Of a stretch of DNA of 64,000 nucleotides, positions 29,660 to 45,515 are shown piece after piece; the stretch's first letter is position 1; each line of letters starts with the position of its first letter. The DNA comes from Eledone cirrhosa (lineage: Eukaryota), in NCBI GenBank assembly GCA_964016885.1, contig OZ024740.1, positions 300,700,001 through 300,764,000 of the forward strand. The letters are read 5' to 3'. A program made the translations under genes and the position numbers. The notes under the pieces were generated by a model. The model was not told the origin of the DNA. It worked only from the letters and a program-made list of their open reading frames with translations, and searched no databases.

Positions 29660-29893
29660 CTGGTATGTGTATATGCATTTTTTCTTCTACACGTGCTATT
29701 GAAATGTTGGATAAATATTCTATAGCGGTTGATCGCGAATAAATTGCTGTTGTTTATTCATCTACTATTTCTTCATAGGTGCCTTTTAATCTTATAGCCT
29801 GGTTTAATTGATTTTTTATGTGGTTGATTATGCTAATTGGGAGAGGAAATGGTGTATATATATTATCAAATGATTCTATGAACATACTTTTTA

Positions 29894-29981
<88 letters not shown>

Positions 29982-30232
29982 TATATATATATAAATCTAC
30001 ATACATACATATATACATACATTTATATTTAAGTGTGTAAGTATGTTGATATGATCTATGTCTTCTTTTTTTGGTAAGGAGAACATTTTTGACGCCAGAT
30101 TTTATTACCTAGGGAGTTAACTACCACACCTCCGGCTGAAAGTTGACCGGGTTCTCAGCCTCATCAATAACTAACGCCGGCCTGTGTGTGTATATATATG
30201 TGTGTGTGTGTGTGTGTATGTATGTGTATATA

Positions 30233-30263
<31 letters not shown>

Positions 30264-31325
30264 GTGTATGTTCACCACCATTGCTTCTTCTTGTCATTTC
30301 TGTTGAAGGAGTCCTTACTTTCATTCTTTTATCTCCCTAGGTAATTCGTTGACAAGCTTTTTTCTAATTTATTTTCTTTGTTTCTTCATTCAAATTACTG
30401 ACTGTCTAAGAGATGTACAAATATGACTTATAAAACTTACCAAACTAAAGGGGCTTCTAGCGCTCTCAAAGTTTCAAGCGCCCCCTAACTGCACACCGCC
30501 CCTTCACTGCATAACGACCCCCTGGAGCTACGAAACGCCCCCGAGGGGGCATATGCCTCCCGTTGAGAACCTTTACAATAGAACATCCGTGTTACTTATT
30601 CCATATAAACCGTAAATGTATTTATTGTTTTATTTTTGTTTCTATTCATTTCCCTATACATGCGTGTAAGTATGTATGCATATATGTATGTATGTTTGTA
30701 TGCATCTCCCTTTCTGTCTCTTTCACTCTCTTTGTATATTAGATAAAAAGGGTATTAGAAAAAAAACAAGACAATATTTGTTGATGTTCAAGGAAAAGGG
30801 TACTCATACAATAGAGTCTGTAACATGTGTTTCAATGTGGTTAATGTAATCTGAATCATTACATAATCATTTCTCTCGCACTGCATGGTTAAATTCTACA
30901 TAGTATCAGCGGTATTTGGGCGGATGATCGGAGGTGCTTATATCGAAATATTATACACGTAAAAAAATATAGATTCCACAACCGATGTAACTATTGTCAG
31001 ATGTATTAGGTAAATATTCAAACACTTATATGCCTGCGTACAATAATTTAGTTTACAAGAAGATGTATTGGAAAGTAGACTAGAAATTAACAAATAGTCA
31101 ATGCTAGTTCGTCATTAGGGGAAATGGGAGTGACGCTTTGTATAGGAGTATAGTTTGTGATTAGTCAGTCACTCAGCATCATACCAGTAGTTCATTAGTT
31201 CAAACTATGGAGGAGATAAAAAAATGCACTTGGAAGAGGTCAAACTTAATGCAATGTAAAGATTTATGGCTGAGTATAATAAAGGTTTTATATATATATA
31301 TATATATATAGTTTTAATATAGATG

Positions 31326-31376
31326 AGATTCTACAGGACTAGAACTGTTTCATTCTTTAGAAATCATCAGGAATCT
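31326..31376 (-). ncRNA. Type I hammerhead ribozyme motif (duplicated at 42933-42983)
   Basis: agattc-CTGATGA-tttctaaagaat-GAAA-cag ttctagtc ctg-TA-gaatct. Confidence 0.65.
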
Positions 31377-31791
31377 GGGTATCAAAAAATAAATATGGTA
31401 TTTATAGGTCTCTACAAGTGGTAGGAGAGGGTGGGGAGTGGGATGGGCGTAGGTCATTGGTTGATAGAAAAGGGAATTCATTAAAAGCTAATTCTACAAA
31501 GCTATAGTTTATTTTTATTTTTATTAATTTTTGTTTTTAGAGTAACAAAGGCAGACAGAATTCTATAAACAGGTTCCGGATGGCATACCATTCCTTGTCA
31601 TTAAGTTTCTCTTAAGCTAACAGATGTCTATAAGATCAGTGGGGGGTCAGTCAAGGTAGGTAGAATTTACGGAAAGGGAGATTCTTTAAAAGCTAAATTC
31701 ATTAAGGTTCTACTATAATGTTTCCACAATTCATTCACGTAACCTAGAACATTTTTGATAAGTGAAGCTTGTTATACATACTTAGTTATAA

Positions 31792-34700
31792 TAAGCTATC
31801 GTCAGCAACGTATACATTCCTTCCAGATTGTTGAACGTATATACTTACCTTATGCATATTAACGGCTGAGTAACCCAATTTGCATATCGAGTGGGTTAAT
31901 CGGACGGGTGCACCGAAAACGATAAACGGAGAAAATGAAACGAAATTTCATTCCCCACTCTTAGTACGGCTGTTACTTAAATATAAGTATGTACACGTTA
32001 ATATGCATAAGGTAAATATATACGTTCAACAATCTGGCAGGAAGGTATACCTTGCTAACGATAGCTAATAAGCTTGAAACTAGTACAGCGTTCCATTGTC
32101 AGTGTTGATCAAACGAGCAACGATGGTTGCTGGACACTACGGCTTAATACGGGATGATCCATACGTACATATATATATATATATGTGTGCATGTATGTAT
32201 ATATATATACATACTACTGTACGTCTGTATACATATATATATGTACGTGTACATACTTATATTTAAGTAACAGCCGTACTGAGAGTGGGAAATGAAACTT
32301 TGTTTCATTTTTTCCGTTTATCGTTTCCGGTGCACCCGGCCGATTAACCCACTCGATATGCAAGTTGAGCTACTCAGCCGTTAATATGCATAAGGTAAGT
32401 ATATACGTTCAACAATCTGGCAGGATGGTATACGTTGCTGACGATTGCTAATAAGCTTGACACAAGTACAGCGTTCCTTTGTCAGTGTTGAACAAACGAG
32501 CAACGATGGTTACTGGACACTACAGCTTAATACGGGATGTTTGTTTACAAACAGACCGAGCATTATAATAAATTTTCGGTGAATCCATACGTACATATAT
32601 ATATATATATATGTGTGTGCATGTATGTATATATATATATCATTACTACCGTACGTCTGTATTCATATATATACGTACGTGTACATACTTATATTTAAGT
32701 AACAGCCGTACTAAGAGTTGGAAATGAAATTTCGTTTCATTTTTTCCGTTTATCATTTTCGGTGCATCAGGCCCATTAACCCACTCGATATGCAAATTGG
32801 GCTACTCAGCCGTTAATATGCATAAGGTAAGTATATAGTTTAAACAATCTGGCAGGAAGGTATACGTTGCTGACGATAGCTAATAAGCTTGAAACTAGTA
32901 CAGCGTTCCTTTGTCATGTTGAACAAACGAACAACGATGGTTGCTGGACACTATAGCTTAATACGGGATGTTTGTTTACAAACACATCGAACATTATAAT
33001 AAATGTTCGGTGAATCCATACGTACATATATAAATATGTGTGCATGTATGTATATATATATACATACTACTGTACGTCTGTATACATATATGTATGTACG
33101 TGTACATAATTATATTTAAGTAACAGCCGTACTAAGAATGGGAATTAAAATTTCGTTTCACTTTTTCCGTTTATCGTTTTCGATGCACCCGGCCGATAAA
33201 CCCACTCGATATGCAAATTGGGCTACTCAGTGGTTAATATGCATAAGGTAAGTATATATGTTCAACAATCTGGCAGGAAGGTACACGTTGCTTACGATAG
33301 CTAATACGCTTGAAACTAGTACAGCGTTCCTTTGTCATGTTGAACAAACTAGCAACGATGGTTGCTGGAAACTATGGCTTAATACGGGATGTTTGTTTAC
33401 AAACACACCGAGCATTATAATAAATGTTCGGTGAATCCATACGTACATATATAAATATGTGTGCATGTATGTATATATATATACATACTACTGTACGTCT
33501 GTATACATATATATATGTACGTGTACATACTTATATTTAAGTAACAGCCGTACTAAGAGTGGGAAATGAAACTACGTTTCATTTTTTCCGTTTATCGTTT
33601 TCGGTGCACCCGGTCGATTAACCCACTCGATATGCAAATTGAGCTACTCAGCCGTTAATATGCATAAGGTAAGTATATACGTTCAACAATCTGGCAGGGT
33701 GGTATACGTTGCTGACGATAGCTAATAAGCTTGAAACTAGTACAGCGTTCCTTTGTCAGTGTTGACCAAACGAGCAACGAAGGTTGCTGGACACTACAGC
33801 TTAATACGGGATGTTTGTTTACAAACAGAACGACCATTATAATAAATGTTCGGTCAATCCATACGTACATATATATATATATATATATGTGCATGTATGT
33901 ATATATATATATATCATTACTACTGTACGTCTGTATACATATATATACGTACGTGTACATACTTATACTTAAGTAACAGCCGTACTAAGAGTAGGAAATG
34001 AAATTTCGTTTCATTTTTTCCGTTTATCGTTTTTGGTGCACCCGGCTGATTAACCCACTCGATATGCAAATTGGGCTACTCAGTGGTTAATATGCATAAG
34101 GTAAGTAAAACACGTTCAACAATCTGGCAGGAAGGTATATGTTACTTACGATAGCTAATAAGCTTGAAACCAGTACAGCGTTTCTTTGTCAGTGTTGAAC
34201 AAACTAGCAACGATGGTTGCTGGACACTACGTCTTAATACGGGATGTTTGTTTACAAACACACCGAGCATTATAATAAATGTTCGGTGAATCCATACGTA
34301 CATATATATATATGTGTGCATGTATGTATATATATATACATACTACTTTACGTCTGTATACATATAGGTACGTGTACATACTTATATTTAAGTAACAGCC
34401 GTACTAAGAGTAGGAAATGAAATTTCGTTTCATTTTTTCCGTTTATCGTTTTTGGTGCACCCGGCTGATTAACCCACTTGATATGCAAATTGGGCTACTC
34501 AGTGGTTAATATGCATAAGGTAAGTATATACGTTCAATAATCTGGCAGGGTTTTATACGTTGCTGACAATAGCTAATAAGCTTTAAACTAGTACAGCGTT
34601 CCTTTGTCAGTGTTGAACAAACGAGCAACGAAGGTTGCTGGACACTACAGCTTAATACGGGATGTTTGTTTACAAACAGACCGACAATTATAATGAATGT

Positions 34701-37700
34701 TCGGTGAATCCATACGTACATATATATATATATATGTGCATGTATGTATATATATATATATATCATTACTACTGTTCGTCTGTATACATATATATACGTA
34801 CGTGTACATACTTATACTTAAGTAACAGCCGTACTAAGAGTAGGAAATGAAATTTCGTTTCATTTTTTCCGTTTATCATTTTCGGTGCACCAGGACCATT
34901 AACCCACTCGATATGCAAATTGGGCTACTCAGCCGTTAATATGCATAAGGTAAGTATATACGTTCAACAATCTGGCAGGAAGGTATACGTTGCTGACAAT
35001 ACCTAATAAGCTTGAAACTAGTAGAGCGTTCCATTGTCAGTGTCGATCAAACGAGCAACGATGGTTGCTGGACACTAGGCTTAATACGGGATGTTTGTTT
35101 ACAAACACATCGAACATTATAATAAATGTTCGGTGAATCCATACGTACATATATAAATATGTGTGCATGTATGTATATATATATACATACTACTGTACGT
35201 CTGTATACATATATGTATGTACGTGTACATAATTATATTTAAGTAACAGCCGTACTAAGAGTGGGAATTAAAATTTCGTTTCACTTTCTCCGTTTATCGT
35301 TTTCGAAGCACCCGGCCGATAAACCCACTCGATATGCAAATTGGGCTACTAGGCCGTTAATATGCATAAGGTAAGTATATACGTTCAACAATCTGGCAGG
35401 AAGGTATACGTTGCTGACGATAGCTAATAAGCTTGAAACTAGTACAGCGTTCCTTTGTCATGTTGAACAAACGAGCAACGATGGTTGCTGGACACTATGG
35501 CTTAATACGGGAAGTTTGTTTACAATCACACCGAGCATTATAATAAATGTTCGGTGAATCCATACGTACATATATAAATATGTGTGCATGTATGTATATA
35601 TATATACATACTACTGTACGTCTGTATACATATATATATGTACGTGTACATACTTATATTTAATTAACAGCCGTACTAAGAGTAGGAAATGAAATTTCGT
35701 TTCATTTTTTCCGATTATCGTATTCGGTGCACCCGGTCGATTGACCCACTCGATATGCAAATTGAGCTACTCAGCCGTTAATATGCATAAGGTAAGTATA
35801 TACGTTCAACAATCTGGCAGGGTGGTATACGTTGCTGACGATAGCTAATAAGCTTGAAACTAGTACAGCGTTCCTTTGTCAGTGTTGAGCAAACGAGCAA
35901 CGAAGGTTGCTGGACACTACAGCTTAATACGGGATGTTTGTTTACAAACAGACCGAGCATTATAATAAATGTTCGGTGAATCCATACGTACATATATATA
36001 TATATATGTGTGCATGTATGTATATATATATATATATATATCATTACTACTGTACGTCTGTATACATATATATACGTACGTGTACATACTTATATTTAAG
36101 TAACAGCCGTACTAAGAGTGGGAAATGAAATTTCGTTTCATTTTTTCCGTTTATCATTTTCGGTGCACCAGGCCCATTAACCCACTCGATATGCAAATTG
36201 GGCTACTCAGCCGTTAATATGCATAAAGTAAGTATATATTTTAAACAATCTGGCAGGAAGGTATACGTTGCTGACGATAGCTAATAAGCTTGAAACTAGT
36301 ACCGCGTTCCTTTGTCACTGTTGAACAAACGATCAACGATGGTTGCTGGACAATACGGCTTAATACGGGATGTTTGTTTACCAACACACCGGGCATTATA
36401 TTAAATGTTCGGTGAATCCATACATATATATATGTGTGCATGTATGTATATATATATACATACTACTGTACGTCTGTATACATATATGTACGTGTACATA
36501 CTTATATATAAGTAACAGCCGTACTAAGAGTGGGAAATGAAATTTCGTTTCATTTTTTTCCGTTTATTGTTTTTGGTGCACCCGGTCGATTAACCCACTC
36601 GATATGCAAATTGGGCTACTCAGTGGTTAATATGCATAAGGTAAGTAAAACACGTTCAACAATCTGGCAGGAATGTATACGTTACTTACGATAGCTAATA
36701 AGCTTGAAACCAGTACAGCGTTTCTTTGTCAGTGTTGAACAAACGAGCAACGATGGTTGCTGGACACTACGGCTTAATACGGGATGTTTGTTTACAAACA
36801 CACCGAGCATTATAATAAATGTTCGGTGAATCCATACGTACATATATATATATGTGTGCATGTATGTATATATATATATACATACTTCTGTACGTCTGTA
36901 TACATATAAGTATGTACGTGTACATACTTATATTTAAGTAACAGCCGTACTAAGAGTGGGAAATGATATTTCGTTTCATCTTTTCCGTTTATAATTTTCG
37001 GTGCACCCGGCCGATTAACCCCCTCGATATGCAAATTGGGCTACTCAGTGGTTAATATGCATAAGGTAAGTATATATGTTCAACAATCTGGCAGGAAGGT
37101 ATACGTTGCTTACGATAGCTAATAAGCTTGAAACTAGTACAGAGTTCCATCGTTAGTGTTGAACAAACGAGCAACGATGATGCTGGACACTACGGCTTAA
37201 TACGGGATGTTTGTTTACAAACACACCGAGCATTATAATAATTGTTCGGCGAATCCATACGTACATATATATATATGCATGCATGTATGTATATATATAT
37301 ATATACATACTACTGTACGTCTGTATACATATATGTATGTAATTATACATTCTTATAATTAAGTAACAGCGGTCTAAGAGTGGGAAAAGAAATTTTGTTT
37401 CAATTTTTCCGTTTACCGTTTTCGGTGCACCCGGTCGATTATCCCACTCGATATGTAAGTTGGGCTACTCAGCCGTTAATATGCATAAGGTAAGTATATA
37501 CGTTCAACAATCTGGCAGGAAGGTATACGTTGCTGACGATAGCTTATAAGCTTGAAACTAGTACATCGTTCTTTTGTCAGTGTTGAACAAACGAGCAACG
37601 ATGGTTGCTGGACACTACGTCTTAATACGGGATGTTTGTTTACAAATACACCGCGCATTATAATAAATGTTCGGTGAATCCATACGTACATATATATATA

Positions 37701-38876
37701 TATATATATGTGTGCATGTATGTATATATATATACATACTACTGTACGTCTGTATACATATATGTATGTACGTGTACATACTTATATTTAAGTAACAGCC
37801 GTACTAAGAGTGTGAAATGAAATTTCGTTTAAATTTTTTCGTTTATCGTCTTCGGTGCACCAGGCCGAATAACCCACTCGATATGCAAATTGGCCTACTC
37901 AGCCGTTAATATGCATAAGATAAGTATATACATAAAACAATCTGGCAGGAAGGTGTACGTTTCTGACGATATTTAATAACCTAGTAACTAGTACAGCTAT
38001 CCATTGTCAGTGTTGAACAAACGAGCAACGATGGTCTTGGTCACTACGGCTTAATACGGGATGTTTGTTTACAAACACACCGAGCATTATAATAAATGTT
38101 CGGTGAATCCATACGTACATATATATATATGTGTGCATGTATGTATATATATATATACATACTTTTGTACGTCTGTATACATATATGTATGTACGTGTAC
38201 ATACTTATATTTAAGTAACAGCCGTACTAAGAGTGGGAAATGATATTTCGTTTCAACTTTTCCGTTTATCATTTTCAGTGCACCCGGCCGATTAACCCAC
38301 TCGATATGTAAATTGGGCTACTCAGTGGTTAATATGCATAAGGTAAGTATATATGTTCAACAATTTGGCAGGAAGGTATACGTTGCTGACGATAGCTAAT
38401 AAGCTTGAAACTAGTACAGCGTTCCTTTGTCAGTGTTGAACAAACGAGCAACGATGGTTGCTGAACACTACGGCTTAATCTGGGATGTTTGTTTACAAAC
38501 ACACCAAGCATTATAATAAATGTAAGGTGAATCTATACGTACATTTATATATGTGTGCATGTATGTATATATATATACATACTACTGAACATCTGTATAC
38601 ATATATGTATGTCCGTGTACATACTTATATTTAAGTAACAGCCGTACTAAGAGTGGGAAATGAAATTTCATTTCATTTTTTCCGTTTATCGTTTTCGGTG
38701 CACCGGGCCGATTAACCCACTGGATATGAAAATTGGGCTACTCAGCCGTTAATATGCATGAGGTAAGTATATACGTTCAACAATTTGGCAGGAAGGTATA
38801 CGTTGGTGACGATAGCTAATAAGCTTGAAACTTGTACAGCGTTCCTTTGTCAGTGTTGAACAAACGTGCAGCGATG
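31792..38876 (+). repeat. Second copy of the hammerhead tandem array, ~17 units plus inverted head
   Basis: Same unit. Intact cores at 32870, 33712, 35414, 35835, 36271, 37533, 38386. Confidence 0.92.
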
Positions 38877-38970
38877 ATTATAACTGGTGAAAATATCAAC
38901 CCGCCACCATTTTGGGCTCTCCTCCAGGACGTAATAGCCCTTTTTTGTCCTTGAGTTTGAGCTCAATTCT

Positions 38971-39011
<41 letters not shown>

Positions 39012-39019
39012 TCTACTTC

Positions 39020-39268
39020 TTTACTGTCTCTGGACTACGCCCATGCTGGAGCATCACCTTGGTATGTTATGTGGACGTCAACAAACCACAAGCATTGGTG
39101 GGAGGGCAAACACAAACGCAAAGACACACGCAGTTATATATACATATATACGACGGGCCTCTTTTAGTTTCGATCTATCAAATCCACTCACAGGGCATTG
39201 GTCGGCTCGGGCAGTGGGACTGAATCCGGAAATATGTGGTTGGGAAACACGCTTCTTGTCACACTGCA
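39020..39268 (-). mobile_element. Second tRNA-derived SINE family (octopod-type), internally deleted; fragment at 27484-27552
   Basis: Minus strand: aagaagcgtgtttcccaaccacat...ccggattcagtcccactgc...gagtggatttgatag...gcccgtcgtatata. Resembles an abundant Octopus SINE, from recall. Confidence 0.6.
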
Positions 39269-39353
39269 TATATATATATATATGTGTGTGTGTGTGTCAG
39301 CGTGTGTGTGGGTGTGTGTAATATATATATTATACACACACACACACACACAC

Positions 39354-39485
<132 letters not shown>

Positions 39486-41200
39486 GGTATCCACTGTAAG
39501 TTGTGGGGTCTATTCTGTATGAAGAACTCAATGTAATCGATATGTTGAAAACGTTGTAGGTTAAGATAAATCTCAGAAAACAATAAAACATTAAAAGGAA
39601 AACAGAGTCATGATATAGGTTAAAACAATGAAATAAAAAATCAAGTCATTAGAGATATACTTCACTGCTTTACGATCGTTTCTAGATGGTGATAATACAG
39701 TGTATCTATTCTCAGTTATTGATCTATGTAAGTTTACAAACTACCGAAAACAGCTGGTGATATGCATGTAAGTAAATATTCTCTCTATCTAATAGTTTGT
39801 AAACTTACATAGATCAATAACTGAGTATAGATACAATGAATTATTATCATCTAGAAACGATCGTAAAAAGGGTGAAGTATATATCTAATGACTTTATTTT
39901 TTATTTCATTGTTTTACCATATATTATATATATTGAAGAGCTAAACAAAATTTAATGTGTATATCAAAGAATGAGTTTTACAGTAGATTGGAAGCACTCT
40001 ACAGTAACTAATTTTCCGGAGTTATTAATATTAGAATAGAAATATTAATAAAATACCTTGATTAAATCTTAACCAATTAACATCTCAGAGTATGTCATGT
40101 ATCATTATATTTTATCTGAGTTCGAACCCCGCCGAGGTTAACTTTGCCTTTCATCCTTCCGGGGTCGATAGAATAAAGTACCAATAATACATTGATAATT
40201 GCTGGCCTTGTGCCAAAACTAGAAACAATTATATTTTATCTGATTAGGCCGTACAGTTGGACATCCGAAATATGTATAATAACATTTAATTAATCAAAAT
40301 AACATATATTTTATTAATATATATATTCTAATATATATATATATATATATATATTAATTAAAATAACAGATTAAAGTTTACGCAAAGAATCGCAGCTTTC
40401 ACCCTTAACCGGATCTTCTGAAAGTCAATCTGTAAACGCAGAAGTGGATATTTTAAAAAAACGTTGCAACCGTTTATTTAATTATTTATTTGTTTGTATA
40501 CACGCACACACACACACATTTATACATGCGTGGTTTCGTATACCTATGGCAAGTGCTTTCGCGTATGCTTGTGTATGTACGTTTTTGCATGCGTGTATGT
40601 ATTTATTTAATTTCTATTACCTCTGTTTTGTATTTTATTTACTTTGTTCTTAACTCTGAAGCGGAGATTCATTCGGTTTCGTAGTTAGAATTTTAGTCTA
40701 CGACTTCAGCTATACCATTTACGTGGTTTTGTCTTTGCGTGCAATTGTTCTCCACACTCCACATATGGCGTATTATCTTCGTTTTTTTCCGTTCATTGCC
40801 AGAGAACTTCTCTATGAACCACCTAAGAGAACATTAGTCTACGACTTCTTTTATACCATAAACGTGATTCTGTCTTTGCGTGTAATTGTTTTTCACCGCT
40901 CCTTTTAATGACGTATTATATTCGTTTTTTCCCGTTCTTTGCCATGGAACGTTTCCACGAAACAAAGTATCGTCTTCCTGTCTTCCTCCGGTTGCAACGT
41001 TTTTTGAAATATCCACTTCTGCGTTTACAGATTGACTTTGTTAGTTTCAGAAGATCCCGTTAATGGTGAAAGCAGCGATTCTTTGCTTAAATTTTAATCT
41101 GTTATTTTAATAAATATTTGCTCTACTGTTCTTATATATTTGATATATATTTATCCTTATCGAGCCCTCTCTGGAATTTAGTCTTCAAGTTTATTATTAT

Positions 41201-41282
<82 letters not shown>

Positions 41283-41516
41283 CTGGTATGTGTATATGCA
41301 TTTTTTCTTCTACACGTGCTATTGAAATGTTCGATAAATATTCTATAGCGGTTGATCGCGAATAAATTGCTGTTGTTTATTCATCTACTATTTCTTCATA
41401 GGTGCCTTTTAATCTTATAGCCTGGTTTAATTGATTTTTTATGTGGTTGATTATGCTAATTGGGAGAGGAAATGGTGTATATATATTATCAAATGATTCT
41501 ATGAACATACTTTTTA

Positions 41517-41588
<72 letters not shown>

Positions 41589-41839
41589 TATATATATATA
41601 AATCTACATACATACATATATACATACATTTATATTTAAGTGTGTAAGTATGTTGATATGATCTATGTCTTCTTTTTTTGGTAAGGAGAACATTTTTGAC
41701 GCCAGATTTTATTACCTAGGGAGTTAACTACCACACCTCCGGCTGAAAGTTGACCGGGTTCTCAGCCTCATCAATAACTAACGCCGGCCTGTGTGTGTAT
41801 ATATATGTGTGTGTGTGTGTGTGTATGTATGTGTATATA

Positions 41840-41870
<31 letters not shown>

Positions 41871-42056
41871 GTGTATGTTCACCACCATTGCTTCTTCTTG
41901 TCATTTCTGTTGAAGGAGTCCTTACTTTCATTCTTTTATCTCCCTAGGTAATTCGTTGACAAGCTTTTTTTTAATTTATTTTCTTTGTTTCTTCATTCAA
42001 ATTACTGACTGTCTAAGAGATGTACAAATATGACTTATAAAACTTACCAAACTAAA

Positions 42057-42182
42057 GGGGCTTCTAGCGCTCTCAAAGTTTCAAGCGCCCCCTAACTGCA
42101 CACCGCCCCTTCACTGCATAACGAGCCCCTGGAGCTACGAAACGCCCCCGAGGGGGCATATGCCTCCCGTTGAGAACCTTTA
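42057..42182 (-). mobile_element. Duplicated terminus of the Buster hAT element
   Basis: gttgagaaccttta at 42169-42182 followed by caatagaa. Confidence 0.85.
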
Positions 42183-43558
42183 CAATAGAACATCCGTGTT
42201 ACTTATTCCATATAAACCGTAAATGTATTTATTGTTTTATTTTTGTTTCTATTCATTTCCCTATACATGCGTGTAAGTATGTATGCATATATGTATGTAT
42301 GTTTGTATGCATCTCCCTTTCTGTCTCTTTCACTCTCTTTGTATATTAGATAAAAAGGGTATTAGAAAAAAAACAAGACAATATTTGTTGATGTTCAAGG
42401 AAAAGGGTACTCATACAATAGAGTCTGTAACATGTGTTTCAATGTGGTTAATGTAATCTGAATCATTACATAATCATTTCTCTCGCACTGCATGGTTAAA
42501 TTCTACATAGTATCAGCGGTATTTGGGCGGATGATCGGAGGTGCTTATATCGAAATATTATACACGTAAATAAATATAGATTCCACAACCGATGTAACTA
42601 TTGTCAGATGTATTAGGTAAATATTCAAACACTTATATGCCTGCGTACAATAATTTAGTTTACAAGAGGATGTATTGGAAAGTAGACTAGAAATTAACAA
42701 ATAGTCAATGCTAGTTCGTCATTAGGGGAAATGGGAGTGACGCTTTGTATAGGAGTATAGTTTGTGATTAGTCAGTCACTCAGCATCATACCAGTAGTTC
42801 ATTAGTTCAAACTATGGAGGAGATAAAAAAATGCACTTGGAAGAGGTCAAACTTAATGCAATGTAAAGATTTATGGCTGAGTATAATAAAGGTTTTATAT
42901 ATATATATATATATATAGTTTTAATATAGATGAGATTCTACAGGACTAGAACTGTTTCATTCTTTAGAAATCATCAGGAATCTGGGTATCAAAAAATAAA
43001 TATGGTATTTATAGGTCTCTACAAGTGGTAGGAGAGGGTGGGGAGTGGGATGGGTGTAGGTCATTGGTTGATAGAAAAGGGAATTCATTAAAAGCTAATT
43101 CTACAAAGCTATAGTTTATTTTTATTTTTATTAATTTTTGTTTTTAGAGTAACAAAGGCAGACAGAATTCTATAAACAGGTTCCGGATGGCATACCATTC
43201 CTTGTCATTAAGTTTCTCTTAAGCTAACAGATGTCTATAAGATCAGTGGGGGGTCAGTCAAGGTAGATAGAATTTACGGAAAGGGAGATTCTTTAAAAGC
43301 TAAATTCATTAAGGTTCTACTAAGTGACAAAGGTTTAGAGAATTCTGTAGACAGATTCAAAATACTGAGTGCATATCTTACAATTATCTTCGAACTTCTC
43401 TTAAACTAATCAACTATATGCCAAAAATCAACAGACACATTCACAAAAAAACACACTCACTCACACACTCGCGCGCAACCATAAACACACATACACAAAC
43501 ACATATACACACATAAAAACACACACACATATATAAATATATTTATATACACATATAT

Positions 43559-43609
<51 letters not shown>

Positions 43610-43721
43610 CACACATACATATATATACACACACACACACACACATATATATACACATATATATATACACTCACACACATACATACATACACACATATAT
43701 ATATATATAACCCGGAATAAC

Positions 43722-43773
<52 letters not shown>

Positions 43774-44935
43774 GTATATATGTATATATAAGTGTGTGTG
43801 TGCAAGTATACAAGTAAACCTATCAAGCTTCTTTAAATATGTGTATGACTTCACTAAGAATATTTTCTTTTCACAAAATTATTTTAGCTGATGCATAATT
43901 TCTTACTTCAGTACGAAGAAGCGTGTAAGATTGCGCTGACTACATGTAATTTCATTGAAATGCATCCGTTCCTACATTGATTTTTGTACTGGCAGTAGCA
44001 TGTTCACAGCTTAAATGCTCATAATTCGGAGTGATGCATATTTATTATAACGAAACACACTATATAGGTTTTTGTATGACTTTCGAGCGTTATATTAAAA
44101 ATATATCATCATTGTACTGCATTGAGATTCCGTGTTGATTTTCCTTGTAGAGCTAAGAGAGAGAGAGAGAGAAAGATAGATATATATAGAGAGAGAGGGA
44201 GAGGGGGAGTAAGAGAGGGAGATGGATAGATAGATAATAAGTATAGATGCGTATATGTGAGCAAATAATTGTGTGAATATATGTGCATCTGTCGGCATGT
44301 CAGTACATACGTAACATCATTTCTTTCAAACATGTTATATAAATGACTAAAATTTGATCACCTTTAATCCGATTTATTATGAAATTATCATGTATCCTTA
44401 TTAGTACATCATGTTTTGTTTTCCAGAAATACCATTTCAAAATAATTTAGCCTGTCAAGGTCTAGAGATTTTCTTGGTATCTCCCTTAGTATACACAATG
44501 ACAGTAATAACTATTTTGAGTAATCCTTGTTATAGATCACAAATGATAAGACGTGTATTCGTACGATCTTCAACAATTATTTAACGTCTTGTTCTTCATA
44601 GATTTCAGAGTTAATTTAATATATAGTGTTGGGTTTCGTTTTGTATTTTGATATTAATAACATTTCTATAATAACTTCATGTAATTGCATAAAGAATAAT
44701 AGTGTTTTCATATATTTTCTTAACTAATTCTATAGGATTTCCGGCATAGTAATATGTTGCATAATTTCAAGTTTGCCTAGCTAAAGCAAAACAAACAAGT
44801 GGTATCAAAAATAATAGGTATATTATAGAAAATGTTACGAAACAATAAACAGATGATTGTGAAATAGGAACAAATTTGGAATATGATAACCCAAATATAT
44901 CAGTATATGATAATTCATCACAAAATGCGGAAACA

Positions 44936-44999
<64 letters not shown>

Positions 45000-45023
45000 C
45001 ATATAAATACATATGTATATTTA

Positions 45024-45068
<45 letters not shown>

Positions 45069-45271
45069 GAGAACGAAAAATCAGTGATGCATCTGAACTC
45101 AAATTAATATGTGTTACTATTGTTTCGCCGGCGGACAGCTCGAGACGTGATCATTGTGTGGATCTGTCAGATTCTGGACCCGCAAGTTCGACGGACACGT
45201 CTAATGATTTCGGAGCATATTCTCTCACTATAAATACATATATATATACATATACATATATATATATTTTT

Positions 45272-45470
45272 TTTCTTTTATTATCTTTTATTATATTTTT
45301 ACTTATATAACTTGATCTGTATAGAACGTTTTCTAACGTCCACATTTACTTTAACAATATACGGCTCAGCCGTCGGGGTCCTACTCGTTCCTATTACCCA
45401 CTCTACTACCCTAAGTATTGAGTACTTTGGTTCGTTATGGTCCACCTGGTTCCTTACCACATTTCCTTCG

Positions 45471-45515
<45 letters not shown>

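Noticed and set aside
30104-30345. 17-bp inverted ends (attacctagggag) as a MITE, with a TTGATGA-ggctga...tcagcc hammerhead relic
   Set aside because: No TSD seen, GAAA is absent, and the only other copy comes from the segmental duplication.
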